A stretch of 64,000 nt of DNA from the human T2T-CHM13v2.0 reference genome, Homo sapiens. Within the stretch, counting starts at the first letter, position 1. Every line of letters starts with the position of its first letter. Positions 1 to 13,280 of the stretch are shown here, piece by piece. The stretch lies in the NCBI RefSeq assembly GCF_009914755.1, contig NC_060925.1; one strand, given 5' to 3'. Under the pieces are notes generated by a model. That model was not told the DNA's origin. It did no database searches and worked only from the letters and a program-made list of their open reading frames with translations. The translations under genes and the position numbers were made by a program.

Positions 1-99
1 ATGTAAGAGTTCTATAATAATCTCTGATGAAGATCAGCTCACAATGAAGAATTACGAAACCCGTAAGAAATTATCTAAAAGCAAGAACCATTTTTTTTT

Positions 100-410
100 A
101 ATAGAAGAATTAAGCTACAAAGATATTCAAATAACCAAGCTATCTTTTAGAGATTACAAAATAAGTATGTTTGAGATGATGAAAGACATTGAGAGGATTA
201 AAAACATAAACAAAATGTTATCAGCATAGGCAGATTCTTAAAAGAACCAAATAAAACTTCCAGAAATTAAAAAAATAGCCTTATGAAAATGGTAGCTAGA
301 TTAAACAGCAGATTATATATAGCTGATTAGAGAATGGGTAAATTGAAAGATAGATCTGAAGAAATTACTCCAAGACAGCACAGTAATATAAAAAATTGAA
401 AAAAAAGATA
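100..410 (+). mobile_element. Old L1M/HAL1 ORF1-region fragment
   Basis: Degenerate L1 ORF1 coiled-coil-like text (aagaaccaaataaaacttccagaa; ttaaacagcagatta; aaattgaaagatagatctgaagaaattac). Confidence 0.6.
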
Positions 411-420
411 AAAAAGTACA

Positions 421-750
421 CACATCCTCATATATATATATATACACACACACACATATATCAGGATATATGTATATATACATATACATATACTGATTAT
501 TGCTTTTAGATTATTCCTCATGGGCTTTGTAATTTTGTAATTGTGGGCTGATCTTCATCAGGGATTATTACAGAACTCTTATATAGCCAAGATTGAGAAC
601 ACATTCCTCCAAAGAGGTTATTTTACCTTCTGCCATATGTACACATATGTACACACATTTCTATATATACACATATATGTGTATATATATATATGAGGAT
701 GTGTGTGAATATATATAGATTTATATATGTATATATATGTGCATGTGTGT
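421..750. repeat. (TA)n/(CA)n/(TG)n microsatellite clusters
   Basis: Dinucleotide runs at about 421-492 and 635-750. Confidence 0.85.
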
Positions 751-1194
751 ACAGGCAGAGACCTAGAGGGTTGCACATTCTGCTAAACTTTTATTCAATA
801 GTAAGAGTGAAATAAATACATTATACACATAGGTGGTGGTGGTATATGAAGAGGGTGTGTGGAAGGGGATTATTTATATATTGTTAGAGACAGTAGTGAG
901 ATTAGAGCCTTTATAGGTAGAATTATACCACAATGCCTAAAATTGGCCTAGATGCAGACAATATGTCACTAGGTAAAATCTTTACCAAGAACATCGACAA
1001 GTAAGAAAATCAGCAATGCCTTGTTACTAGCTGGAATTTAGTGGTAAGCCCCAAGGCAGAATTCTAATCAGAAAAGTATACCATTTGAGAGGCTCTTTTT
1101 GTTACATGCTAGCTAGTGCAAAATCATAGAAAACCAAAGCAGTCTAACCTTTTCCATTTATCTCACCTTCCTTTAAATGCCCACATCCGAATCT

Positions 1195-1310
1195 ATTTCT
1201 TTTTTCTCCTTCCTTCCTTCCTCTTTCCTTCATTCTTTTTCTTTCTTTCCTTCTCCCTCCCTTCCTCCCTTTCTTCCTTCCTTTCTTATTTTTTTTGTTT
1301 CTTTCTCTTG
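1195..1310. repeat. CT-rich low-complexity tract
   Basis: Polypyrimidine (CCTT/CTTT) run. Confidence 0.9.
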
Positions 1311-1496
1311 TGAAAAGGCAGCTGTTACAGTAAACACAAGCAGATCCAGAGAGAGATGGCCAGAGAGAGCACACCTGTGCTATCGCATAGGACAGTTTAC
1401 TTTGGTTACTCTCACAAGTTTTAAAAGAATGGAGCCCCCTACACATTGTAGTCCACAAACGCAGAAACAAATGTGCAGTGAGGAAGAAGGTGATAT

Positions 1497-2220
1497 TGAG
1501 AGGTGAAGCCAGCTAGGCTTCTGGGTTGGGTGAGGACTTGGAGAACTTTTCTGTCTAGTTAAAGGATTGTAAATGCACCAATCAGTGCTCTGTGTCTAGC
1601 TAAAGGTTTGTAAACACACCAATCAGTGCTCTGTGTCTAACTAATTGGGTAGGGGACTTGGAGAACTTTTCTGTCTAGCTGAAGGATTGTAACTGCACCA
1701 ATCAGCACTCTTTGTCTAGCTAAAGGTTTGTAAACACACCAATCAGCACTCTGTAAAATGGACCAATCAGCACTCTGTAAAATGGACCAATCAGCACTCT
1801 GTAAAATGGACCAATCAGCTCTCTGTAAAATGGACCAATTAGCAGGATGTGGGTGGGGCCAAATAAGGGAGTAAAAGCAGGCCACCAGAACCTACAGTGG
1901 CAACCCGGGTTCCGTTCCATGCTATGGAAGCCCCGTTGTTTCACTTTTTGCAATAAATCTTGCTGCTGTTGAGTCTTTGGGTTTACACTGGCTTTATGAG
2001 CTGTAACACTCATCGGGAAGGTCTGCAGCTTCACTCCTGAAGCCAGCGAGTCCACGAACCCATCAGAAGGAAGAAACTCCAGACACATCTGAACATCTGA
2101 AGGAACAAAGTCCGGACACACCATCTTTAAGAACTGTAACACTCACCGCAAGGGTCCGTGGCTTCATTCTTGAAGTCAGCGAGACCAAGAACCCACCGGA
2201 AGGAACCAATCCCGGACACA
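1497..2220 (+). mobile_element. Solo LTR12-family (ERV9) LTR, short form
   Basis: Starts TGAGAGGTGAAGCCAGC and ends CCGGACACA; 8 CCAAT boxes in tandem units; flanks ATAT/GTAT (4-bp TSD, 1 mismatch). Confidence 0.95.
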
Positions 2221-2619
2221 GTATGGTTGGTTTGCTAAGATTTAAGATAGGTGAAATGGATTTGAGAATTTCTTCCTAGGCTTTAAACTATAATACAGAT
2301 TTAATTGGCAGTGCCCATCACCATGTCTAGCACAGAGAAATGCTTAATATAATATTTGCATTCACATATTTGTGAATGATGAGTGATGAAAATAAACTTA
2401 TTTAATGAATGATAAAAAGATATAGAAAAGATAAGCAGTTGAGGGATAGATAATTATTTGAGGGAAAAGGGAAGAGCATTTACATCCTAGGAGGGCTTTG
2501 TAAAAATTTTCTGCATTTTCTGGGGCAGAAATCTTCCTAATGAGAGTTTTGTTAAGTTTTATTTTTCAACAGCTGGACTCTGGGTAAGATAGCTAAAAAT
2601 GCATATTGTTGCTCCGAGA

Positions 2620-2664
2620 GGGGGCGGGGAGGGGGAGGGGGAGAGGGAGAGGGAGAGAGAGAGA
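2620..2664. repeat. G/GA-rich simple repeat (G-quadruplex-capable)
   Basis: G5-C-G4-A-G5-A-G5-AGA-G3 followed by (GA)n. Confidence 0.8.
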
Positions 2665-3549
2665 TTAAGTATAAAAGGTTGTTGCTGTGCAGTTTGGACA
2701 GTTTGGAGTATTCAGGGACCACAGGAGCTGCAGAGGCAAACAGATTAATTAAAGGCTTTAGGCCTCATCATGAAGGCCTTGAACTTTGTATAAGCGTTGT
2801 AGCCAAAGTAGTTTCCAAAGGGTGAGGCTCAGTGACTCTTTCACCTCAATATTAAAGAGTATCAACTCCTACATTTCACAGCTGCTACAGCGACTGGATA
2901 CATTTCAAGGAAGAATGACTCATTTTAGAATCCTCCTGACAAAGAGACTCATGTTAGTAAGAGCAACAGTTTGATGTAACTTACCTGATTTTTAAATATC
3001 ACCAAGCCCTTTGATAGACCTAAGATGCAAGTATTAGAAGGAATAATGATAGTAATCTGTCTAAATTTCAATGATCTATGCTAATGTTGTAAAATTTCCC
3101 AAAAGTAATTTGTTTGGCATTGGTAGACATTGTGGGAAGTTGTCTGTGTGTTGGGGCCATGGATTTATCGACACAAAACATGTCTGGCTCACTCTATTAC
3201 TAAAATGATTTTGCATTGCCTGAATACTCAAAAGGAAGGAAAGAAGGTCCAGAAGACAGTAACTGGCAGTTGGAAATCAACATAGAATAGTCATTTGTAC
3301 GTAACTTTGCAAATTTTAAAGCACTTTAAAATATATCTCATTATATTTTTATAGTAACACTGAGCAGCTATGGATGTCAAACCATGCTAATTGGGAATGT
3401 TTTGCCCTATATAATCCCCAGTAGCCGCTCCTAAATTTACAAGTAAATATTCTAAGAAAAGCCAGTGTATTTGCTGTGCAAATAAATACAGCTTCTAGAA
3501 AAAATCCTCAGCCCTTTCTTTCCAATTAGAACAACACTCTATTCTTGCA

Positions 3550-3800
3550 GTAATTGATTGCCTCAATGGCCCCAGTTCTTCATTCTTCTCCTACCATATC
3601 CTTTATAGTGTGACTTTGAAGTTTCTCCCATCAGGAGGTGGAGACTATTTCCCCCGCCTTGATTTTGAGTTTGGCCATGTGACTTGCTTTGGCAGTGTTG
3701 ATGCAAACAGAATTCAAACAGGCCTGCAAGTTTCTGCTGATACTCTTGCTCTTCTTCTAGCCGTCAAAAGAGAATGTCTAAACTAAACTGCTGTGAGAAG
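3550..3800 (+). mobile_element. MLT1 (MaLR LTR, MLT1H-like) fragment
   Basis: ctcccatcaggaggtggagactattttcccc...tttggccatgtgacttgctttggc is typical of MLT1G/H. Confidence 0.7.
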
Positions 3801-3830
3801 ATATGTAAGGATGCTTGGATGTCAGGAATT

Positions 3831-3985
3831 CAGGGAGGAAGGAAGGAGAAAGAAGGGAGGGAGGAAAAGGAAGGGAAGGAAGGAGGAGAGAAAGAAGGGA
3901 GGGAGGAAGAGAAAGGAAGGGAAGAAAGAAGGAAAAAAAGGGAGGGAGGGAAGGAAGGAATCAGGAAGAAAGTCAAGAAGGATGG
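3831..3985. repeat. GA-rich low-complexity tract
   Basis: (GGAA/GGGA)n purine run. Confidence 0.9.
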
Positions 3986-4079
3986 AAGTCCTCTTAATGA
4001 ATACACACTAACATCACCATTAGCTGCCAAATAGTCAAATGTAATCATTACCATTATTTATTAAACCAGTCCCTTATCC

Positions 4080-4830
<751 letters not shown>

Positions 4831-4839
4831 TCTACTGAT

Positions 4840-5045
4840 GAATTTTTAGACTGTTTCTAATTTTTCTTTACTATAAACAATGCTTTGATGAAAAACCTTC
4901 ACATAGATCTTCACATACTAGTCAGATTATTTCCATAGTATAATTGCCTAGAGGTGACATTGCTGGATCAAAGAGAATGTTCATTTTAAATTATAACACA
5001 TGTAGCTAAATTGTTCTCTAGAAAGTAGGATTAATTTATATAAGA
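4840..5045 (-). mobile_element. L1M(E) ORF2 3' fragment
   Basis: actataaacaatgct...cctagaggtgacattgctggatcaaag; continues at about 5880. Confidence 0.7.
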
Positions 5046-5077
5046 GCATCCACCATGGTTAGGAGTAGAGGCAGGAA

Positions 5078-5400
5078 TTATGTTAGATAGAGTGGTTAGG
5101 GAAGTCTTTTCTGGAGAGGTGACATTTCAGCCATCACCTCAGTTGAATAAAGCAGTGAGCCATGTGACAATCTGGGCAAGAGTGGTCCAGGCAAGCAAAA
5201 AGCAAATGACAAAAGACCAGTCTGGAAGGTATATGATGTGCTGGGTAGTAGAGCTGCAATTCAGAGAAGGAGGCACAGAAGTTAGTTTCCAAATAGGCAG
5301 GGGCCAGATCTTGAAGAGCCCTGTAGGCTGTGATAGAATTCTGTGTTTTATTCTGAGTATAAGATGCCATTGGAAGATTCTGTGCAGAGGGATGTCATCA
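5078..5400 (-). mobile_element. L2 fragment
   Basis: ttagatagagtggttagggaagtc...gaggtgacattt...ggggccagatcttgaagagcc. Confidence 0.75.
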
Positions 5401-5439
5401 TCATTGTTAACGGCAGCAGCAGCGGCAGCATCTTCCTTA

Positions 5440-5672
5440 TCACAAATACTTCCTAAGTGCTTTCTTATATGTCAGACACTGTTCTTGGCATGTGTCACAT
5501 GTGCCATGTATTAAGTCACTTAATCCTCCCAGTGCAAAAGTCAGGTACTATCGCTATCATCCTGCTTTTACAAAATACATAATGGAAGCACAAATTAGAT
5601 GAATTGTTCAAGTTCACACTGTGAGTTAGAGGCAAAACCGGATTCAAATCTGGGCAGTTAGGCTCCAGGCCC
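5440..5672 (-). mobile_element. MIR
   Basis: ttaatcctc...ggtactat...ttttaca...ggattcaaatctgggcag core. Confidence 0.75.
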
Positions 5673-5879
5673 TGGAATTATGTGATTTATGTTTGAAAGT
5701 GATACCTTGTAGGAACTGACTACAGCAGTGCAAGGGAGGCGCTGCCACTTCTGAGGCTATTGCAGGAGCCTGGAGGAGAGTTTTTGGACTTGTTGGTAGC
5801 TATAAAAGTGTTGAGAAGTAATTTCAAGAATTAGCTGGTAGATTCTCAATGATCTGCTAATTATTTCAAAATGCACAGT

Positions 5880-6800
5880 TCATTTTATTGGTTAAAAAAA
5901 AGTAATGTCTCCCTGCCATTTTATTTGCATTTATTTAGAGTGAGATTAAATGTTTCTTAATTATATTGGCTATTTAAATTTCTTCTGTGAATTGCCTGTA
6001 CATATTCTTCATACATTTTTCTACGGGAGGTTGTCCTTTTCTTGATTTATGAAGGTTCTTTGTATATTAGGTATATTAACTTAAATACCTTAATTTATTC
6101 ATACAAATACATCTTCTAATATAAATGTAAAATATAATAGTCTATGGATTTCCCAGTTTGTCTTTGGCATTTTGACTTTGCTGATTTTTTTTCGCAATAA
6201 CATTCATCTTCTGTTCATGCAGCAAAATTGCATTATGTTTTGTGGTTTCTGAATTTTCTGCCATATTTAGAATAGTTCTCTCCATCCAGAAATTAAAAGA
6301 GTACTCACCCAAATTTTCCTAGTACTTTTAGGTTTGCATTTTTCTTTCACTTAAATGTTGAATTCATTTAAGATTTATATTGAAATCAGGAGTGACTTGA
6401 GATATAGCTTAATTTATTTTCCAAATTACTAAAAGATTAGTTCAACATTATTTTAAGCACACAGTCTTTTTTGCACTGATTTTAAATCTAATCTTTTATA
6501 TATACTAAATTTACACATAATTTGTCCTGTTTTCATGTTTATTTCCATTCCTGTGTTAGAATTAAAATGTTTCAATTATAAATATTTTATATAATTAATT
6601 GTATTATCTATTAGAATAAGTACTTCCTGCCCCACAAATCTTTCTTTTCAGAATTTTCCTATTTCAGCTCACTTATTCTTTCATCTAAATTTTCAAATTA
6701 CTTTTCAAGCCAAAAACATTTTGTTGAGTTTTAATAGAAATCACAATATTCTATAAATTTTTGTAGATAATTTAGGGAGAATTAACATCTTTAAAAATTA
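5880..6800 (-). mobile_element. L1ME-type fragment
   Basis: ttcttctgtgaattgcctg...ttctttgtatatt...tagataatttagggagaattaacatcttt. Confidence 0.75.
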
Positions 6801-8067
6801 AAATTATAATGGAAAGACTTATTCTACTAGTGAGGTGTATTATTATTGCAACTACTAATATGATGCATTTGGAGGAATTTCTTTGTCTTCATCTTGTCTT
6901 CTCTCACTCCCTCAGCTCCCCCTACACATGTAAAAATTGCAGAGTGCATTAAAATAGGGGATTTTCAGTATTTTCTCTTGAACTTGAGCTTTCTTCTTTT
7001 ATTTGCTCTGCTTTACCTGCTCCCCAGAGCTGGGAAATTGTTGTTAATCAGCTCCAAATCTTAGTTCCCAGAAGGGGAATGTGTATGAAAAGACCACATT
7101 GGCCCTCAACATCTGTGACTTTTCAGTCCGTTGTATGCCTCTTCTATGAGCAAGCCATGGGGCATTTTTTTCCAATCTGAAACTTATTTCACGTTAACAC
7201 ACTTTGGTTTTACAACACTCTTTCCAAGTTTATGACTTTCTTGTTTGAGCCGCTTGTTCCAATTGTATCTAATATTTCATCAAATATGGTAAAGAAGCCA
7301 TGGGAATAAATTGATGCTTCTTATGAACACTCTTAAGCAGACACCGCCAGATTGCTGTAATGGTTTTCCTTTTTAGCCCTTCTGAATTGTAATATGTTTC
7401 TGAGGCCAAATTCTTTAGGGAAACATTATGACTATTTAAGGTCTCCAAACTTTATGCTTCAATACAAAAGGCCTAAGGGTGAGGATTTTAAATGGATGAA
7501 GTGGAGAAATTTTCACTTCCTTAAGCAAACATATAGCATTTCCTTCCATGTGTCAGAAATGAAAACAAAAAATACAAACTAATTTGTCATGAAATTTTCC
7601 CTTTTATAATTCCCTCTTTGGTGCTTTTTCAACCTAACAAGTCATATTTTCTCTTCTTTCGTGTCAGGTTTATAGCTTTGCTGGTCACAGTTTCAATAAC
7701 CATGATGGACGATCCTCTGTTCTATATATCATGTACAAGTATTCAGCTTAAAAGTATCTTTGTGTTCACAGCTTGCTTTCTGTCACCTCTCCGATCCCTC
7801 CTCCCCACCGCACATGCACATGGCGTTATATTATATGCGCGGAGAGCTTTGGGGAAAGCTCATATTTAGGAACATTAAGTAAGCAGAGGAGGATGGCTGC
7901 TTATTTGGGCTGAGCCTGACCTCACTATGAAATGAGGCAAATTGGCATATTTATGACTCAGAGTAAGTCAATAATATATTGGCATTCACATGTGGAAACG
8001 CGTTTACTCCCCAGCATTGGGCCTCTGCTTTGTTTTTCTCACAAGTAGTATTCACCTAAGTATGAGT

Positions 8068-8210
8068 CTTTCTCTTTTCCTTTTTTCTTTTTCTCTTTTC
8101 CTCCCTTCTTTCTTTCTCTTCTCTTCTCTCCTTTCCCTCCCTCCCTCCCTTCCTTCCTTCCTTCTCTCTTTCTTTCTCTTTTCATGTTTTCTCCCCTTCT
8201 TCTCCTTCCT
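8068..8210. repeat. CT-rich low-complexity tract
   Basis: Polypyrimidine run. Confidence 0.9.
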
Positions 8211-8333
8211 GAGACCTAAGTAAACTTTGTGAGATTTATCTCATTTATATATAGCATAAAAGACTTTTCAGAGAACTAAAATTATTATTCACTTTAATAT
8301 TCTATTTCTACCCTCTCTTTGCTTGACCTGTGC

Positions 8334-8335
<2 letters not shown>

Positions 8336-8374
<39 letters not shown>

Positions 8375-8384
8375 CACATACACA
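8336..8384. repeat. (CA)n microsatellite
   Basis: About 24 CA units with 2 interruptions. Confidence 0.95.
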
Positions 8385-10192
8385 TCAGCCACTGGAAAAA
8401 AGTACATGGTTGGATAAACGCTATTCACAACTATTGCCTGGAAATGTGATCCTATTGGGTCCTTTGGACTCTGAATCAGTATCATTTATTTTTCTTGTTA
8501 TACTGCCTCCCTATAAATTACAGCAGGAGAAAGGAAGGTCACATGGGATCTGATTTACTGTGGAGAATATTGAGAAGGAAAAAAAAGTATTAGAGTAAGT
8601 CATTGATAATAAAAAAAATAGAAAAAAACTTACCGTGAGTCTTTATTATTTCTAAACTTGGTCAGCTGCACCTCCCTGTTCTCCCAGCTACAAGGCCCCA
8701 TTATCCTGAAGTCTATTTTTATAACTCAAGTTGGCAAGTGGGATTTAGGTTGGGAGGACATGTAGAAAATCTGGACCTGTCTTCCTCTGTCTCCAATATG
8801 TTGTGGAAGTTAGGTTTCTCTCCCTGCTTTTTCTAGCTTGTGCAGATTTGTGGGATGTTGCCAGTCTTTTCCACCTGGTCTTTCTCCTCTTCCTTATATC
8901 TGAGTCACTGTTTGGATTCCATAGGCTCTTCTGTGGCTGACCACCCTTACTGGGAGAACCGGTAAGCCTGAGCACAGATGGGCAATATACTGGTATCAGG
9001 AGAGAGTCCTGCGCTGGAAAAGGCCTCTGAAACACTGGAAATGGTCTTTGCTAGCTGCTGTCTTTCTTGATTTTTCTCATCATGCACATGGCAATTGAAA
9101 GGAATTGCCATTTTGACTCTGGGCTGAGTTGCTGTTGCTAGTTAATGTACTAAACCAAACCAACCACCAACTGAAATCAGCAGTGAGTAACTTGCTTTAC
9201 ACTACATGATTTTAAGGAACTGGTTAGGATGAGTTTTCTGCTTTTTACCCCTTAGATTCAAAAGGAAGAAGTTGTGAAAGCACAGAACTGGGCACCAGAA
9301 GACTGATTTTAAAAATCATCTGTGTTTCTGCATTTCTGGTTCCTTAAAGATGTTATTTACTTTTCCTTGGCCTCTGTTTCCCTCTTTGTTATTTGGAAGC
9401 GTTGATTTTCTCTGAGGCCACTTTCTGTAATAACATTTGATGGCCGTTTTTTAATTTAAAAAGGTAATTGGATAGGATTTTCTTATTACCGCATTTTAAA
9501 TAATTTGTGCTATGATCTGGTGCAAAGAACAGAACTGTTTTCCCTCCTTCTATGTGGGGAGAATTATTCTCATGAGTGAACTACTTCCCACAAATGTTGA
9601 AAAGATGAGGGACTGAGGGACTTAGGCTGTCTCCATAGAGCATAAAACAAAGCAAGATTTGGCAGCTCTCCAGCTCATTTGATCTAAGTTAAACAGGGAC
9701 TAATTTTTTATGTTTTATTTTTGGCTTGACGCTAGTCATGGTTTTTAGGAAAGTTGATGTGAGTGCAATTACTGACCATTTTATTTTATAGACAACTTAT
9801 TGAATTCTATCATGTAGCTGAAGCTACAGGTATTATTCTGAAGAATTCTAGTTGTCCGATTAATTTCTTCTTTCAAAAAAAATTACAGGTGGATAAAAAC
9901 ACCTTGCCATATAGTTTGCATTTATTAGTGCTTTAGTTAATTTGCCGAAAGTGAATAATCAGACTGCAGAAGATGGTCTCAGGCTTAGGTCAGGGACTTG
10001 ATTTATGTGTTTGCTCCCCTGTTAAAGATTCACACGCCTTGGCTGTAGATTCTGGACTTACACATAAACAGGACCAGACTAAGGAATCCTGGATGGCAGG
10101 AATCCTATTTTATTCTTTGTGTACTGGTAGTAGGGTCTTAGTAAATATATTTTGAAAAAAATAAATAACCACTCAGTTCACTTTTACCATCA

Positions 10193-10945
<753 letters not shown>

Positions 10946-11079
10946 CACCGTCTTTTTAAGAAAGAAAGCACTGCTCAGAAAGAATCCATATTATAGCAAT
11001 CCTTCAAGTCCACTCACATAGCTTAAATTCTTAGGCCATTTCCTGGTCAGTTTGTTCTGTACTAAGGAGCTCACCCATC

Positions 11080-11190
11080 AGACTAAGGAGCTCTACTAGG
11101 GTAATGTCCTTGTCAGGTTAACCTTTGCATCCCCAGCATCTGGCATAGAGCCTGGCCCAGAGGAGGATGAGTAAAGTGTTGAATGGATAA
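11080..11190 (+). mobile_element. L2 3' end fragment
   Basis: atccccagcatctggcatagagcctggc...tgttgaatg. Confidence 0.6.
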
Positions 11191-11343
11191 CCCAAATTTA
11201 ATTATCTGATTTACACTTTTAGTACCCAAAAGAATTAAACCTAGAATGCTGAGTGTATTTATTATGAATTGAGTTTTGTAACTATGTTTTCTCTCTCATA
11301 CACTAGATTGGGTATTTTCTGAGCAAAGGGACTGCCTTGAAAT

Positions 11344-12240
11344 TAGTGGACTTCAAACCTATTTACCTAGACATTTTTAGAGAATGTTGAAAAACAGGGC
11401 CTCTTTGCCCATTTTTATATTGATATCTAAAATTTTGCATAAGAAATTGAGCAATCCTAAGGAAATGTTTTATTTGTTGCAAGTATTGGCAATTTAAAAT
11501 TAAATTATTACATCACTTTTTAAATATATCCAATGAAATGTTATATACCACAGCAATTTGATACCACCACCATCTATTTAAAAATACATAAATAACCCTT
11601 TTACAGGTTGAAAGTTTTACAGTTTCATTTTTTTGTCTTGAACTTATATTTTCATTCTACTTCCCTCACATTTTGTCCTAATTTAAGAACTGAAAGTCAT
11701 TTATTGAGTACTCTATCATTCTTCTTGGCAATGATACACATTTAAAATTTTTGAAGTCTTAAATTTTCTATGACCATTAGGTTCAATGTTGGAAACAATT
11801 TCTACCGGATTGAGTTATCATTCAGTCATCAAAATCATTAGTGCATAATCAATCAAACAACATAACTCCATATAATTACATTATTATGTATATTTATTTT
11901 TATACAATAACATGCAATTTCATGGGAAGTACATTTTTAAGGAGATACTTTAAAATCTTTAATTTGTTCTCTTTATTGCCAGAATGAAACAAAGTTCAAT
12001 ATCAGTTTTACTTCCATTTTTCATTTCAAAAGATGTAGCACTGAGACATCTTGTTCACATGTTAAATTAGATGGGAAGTAACTCCTTTTGAATTAAATGC
12101 TAAAAATTAAATAGAAGATGTGTCATCAAAAATTATTTTTAATAATCAGATGGAAATTCAGTTACAAGTCTTTACTTTCTTAGTTTTGTGGAAGTATATC
12201 TCTCTCAAAAAAAGTTTTAACAAGACCTAGAAAATGACAA
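11344..12240 (-). mobile_element. hAT-Charlie DNA transposon fossil with transposase C-terminal remnant
   Basis: Minus strand 11974-12085 reads CEQDVSVL, then in a shifted frame KNGSKTDIELCFILAI, resembling the hAT dimerisation motif CEQGFS...KNRNRIDAE..LILAI; TIR-like tagtggacttcaaac at about 11344. Confidence 0.65.
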
Positions 12241-13280
12241 TTATTTATGCCTATTGTTCTTTCCCTTACAGGAATCTTGCTTAACCTAACATGTTTAGAA
12301 GGTGTTAGAGGAATAAAAATAATGTGAATTTAAATGGTAACTTTTTCCTTCAAAGAACATTTTTAAACAAAGCCATTTTATCTTATCATAATTGTAAATA
12401 TATTTTTATCAAGGCCTTTGAGCATAATATGTAGTTTTATTAATTTGTGAAAAACGTATTCTGTAGAATCAATTGGCAAAGTCAGTCCTCATTATCAGAT
12501 GCAGTCTCCAAATCAGATTTACTTTCTGTAAGAAAGCCAAACTTCATATTTCAATTCAAATAAACTTGTTAGTTCACTTCCCTTTGAAAATTTCACTTCC
12601 AAATTCCAATAGTAAGGTAAATAGATAAGGGAATGAAACCTTCCATGGGTTTGCACCTGGATATGTATATACAAAAGTGCAGATGCTATATATGTAGTGT
12701 GTGTGTATTCTTATCAGCATTCTCTTTGCTTTGCCATCACAGGATTTTGCCTCAACAGTTGTACATTTAACATAGACTTATAGTACCTTGTTTCTAGTGC
12801 CACACTTTGCTTTTACAAATCTATGCATAATATAAAGAAACACAAAAAGCCCTCTCACTGGTGTGTGGTATCCATCATGAGCATAGAAGCTTTCATCAAC
12901 ACCAATATTTCAAATGGTCTCTTTGCCAGCCATGGGGTGGGGCTGGGGTTACACCTCAGGAAAATGCACCAGCATCAGGTTCAGGATGTCTGTCTTTTGT
13001 AAATTGGAAGAAGGGAGAATCAACAGAAAATCTGAAGCCCAGGCATTTCCCAAGCAAATAAAGGTCAAGTATGGAAGTTGAAGATCAGAAAATGTATTCT
13101 CTAAAAACTACCCGTGCCATGTGTTCCTTGGAAAGTGTGTATTTCCAGGGGTACACACATTCCAGTTTAAAGACCCTTGTCTTATACATCTCTATGCCCT
13201 TACCATTTAGCTTAATACCTACTAATATTTATCATGATGTCACAGTTGTAAATTCTCTACTTTCATGATGTAATTTCTCT

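Noticed and set aside
1637-2142. ORFs with repeating WSILQSAD / LIGPFYRV; CRISPR-like periodicity
   Set aside because: These are 24-bp tandem CCAAT units of LTR12 with no unique spacers and no cas genes, in eukaryotic DNA.
3774-4054. K/E/R/G-rich and F/S/L/P-rich ORFs (also 1116-1506, 7990-8223, 36934-37158)
   Set aside because: Translations of purine or pyrimidine low-complexity tracts.
5080-5514. 144-aa ORF (also 39194-39586, 130 aa)
   Set aside because: Antisense read-through of L2/MIR fossils with no recognisable domain.
7205-7320. Short protein-like frame on - strand (EASIYSHGFFTIFDEILDTIG...)
   Set aside because: No recognisable family, no supporting splice sites or neighbouring exons.
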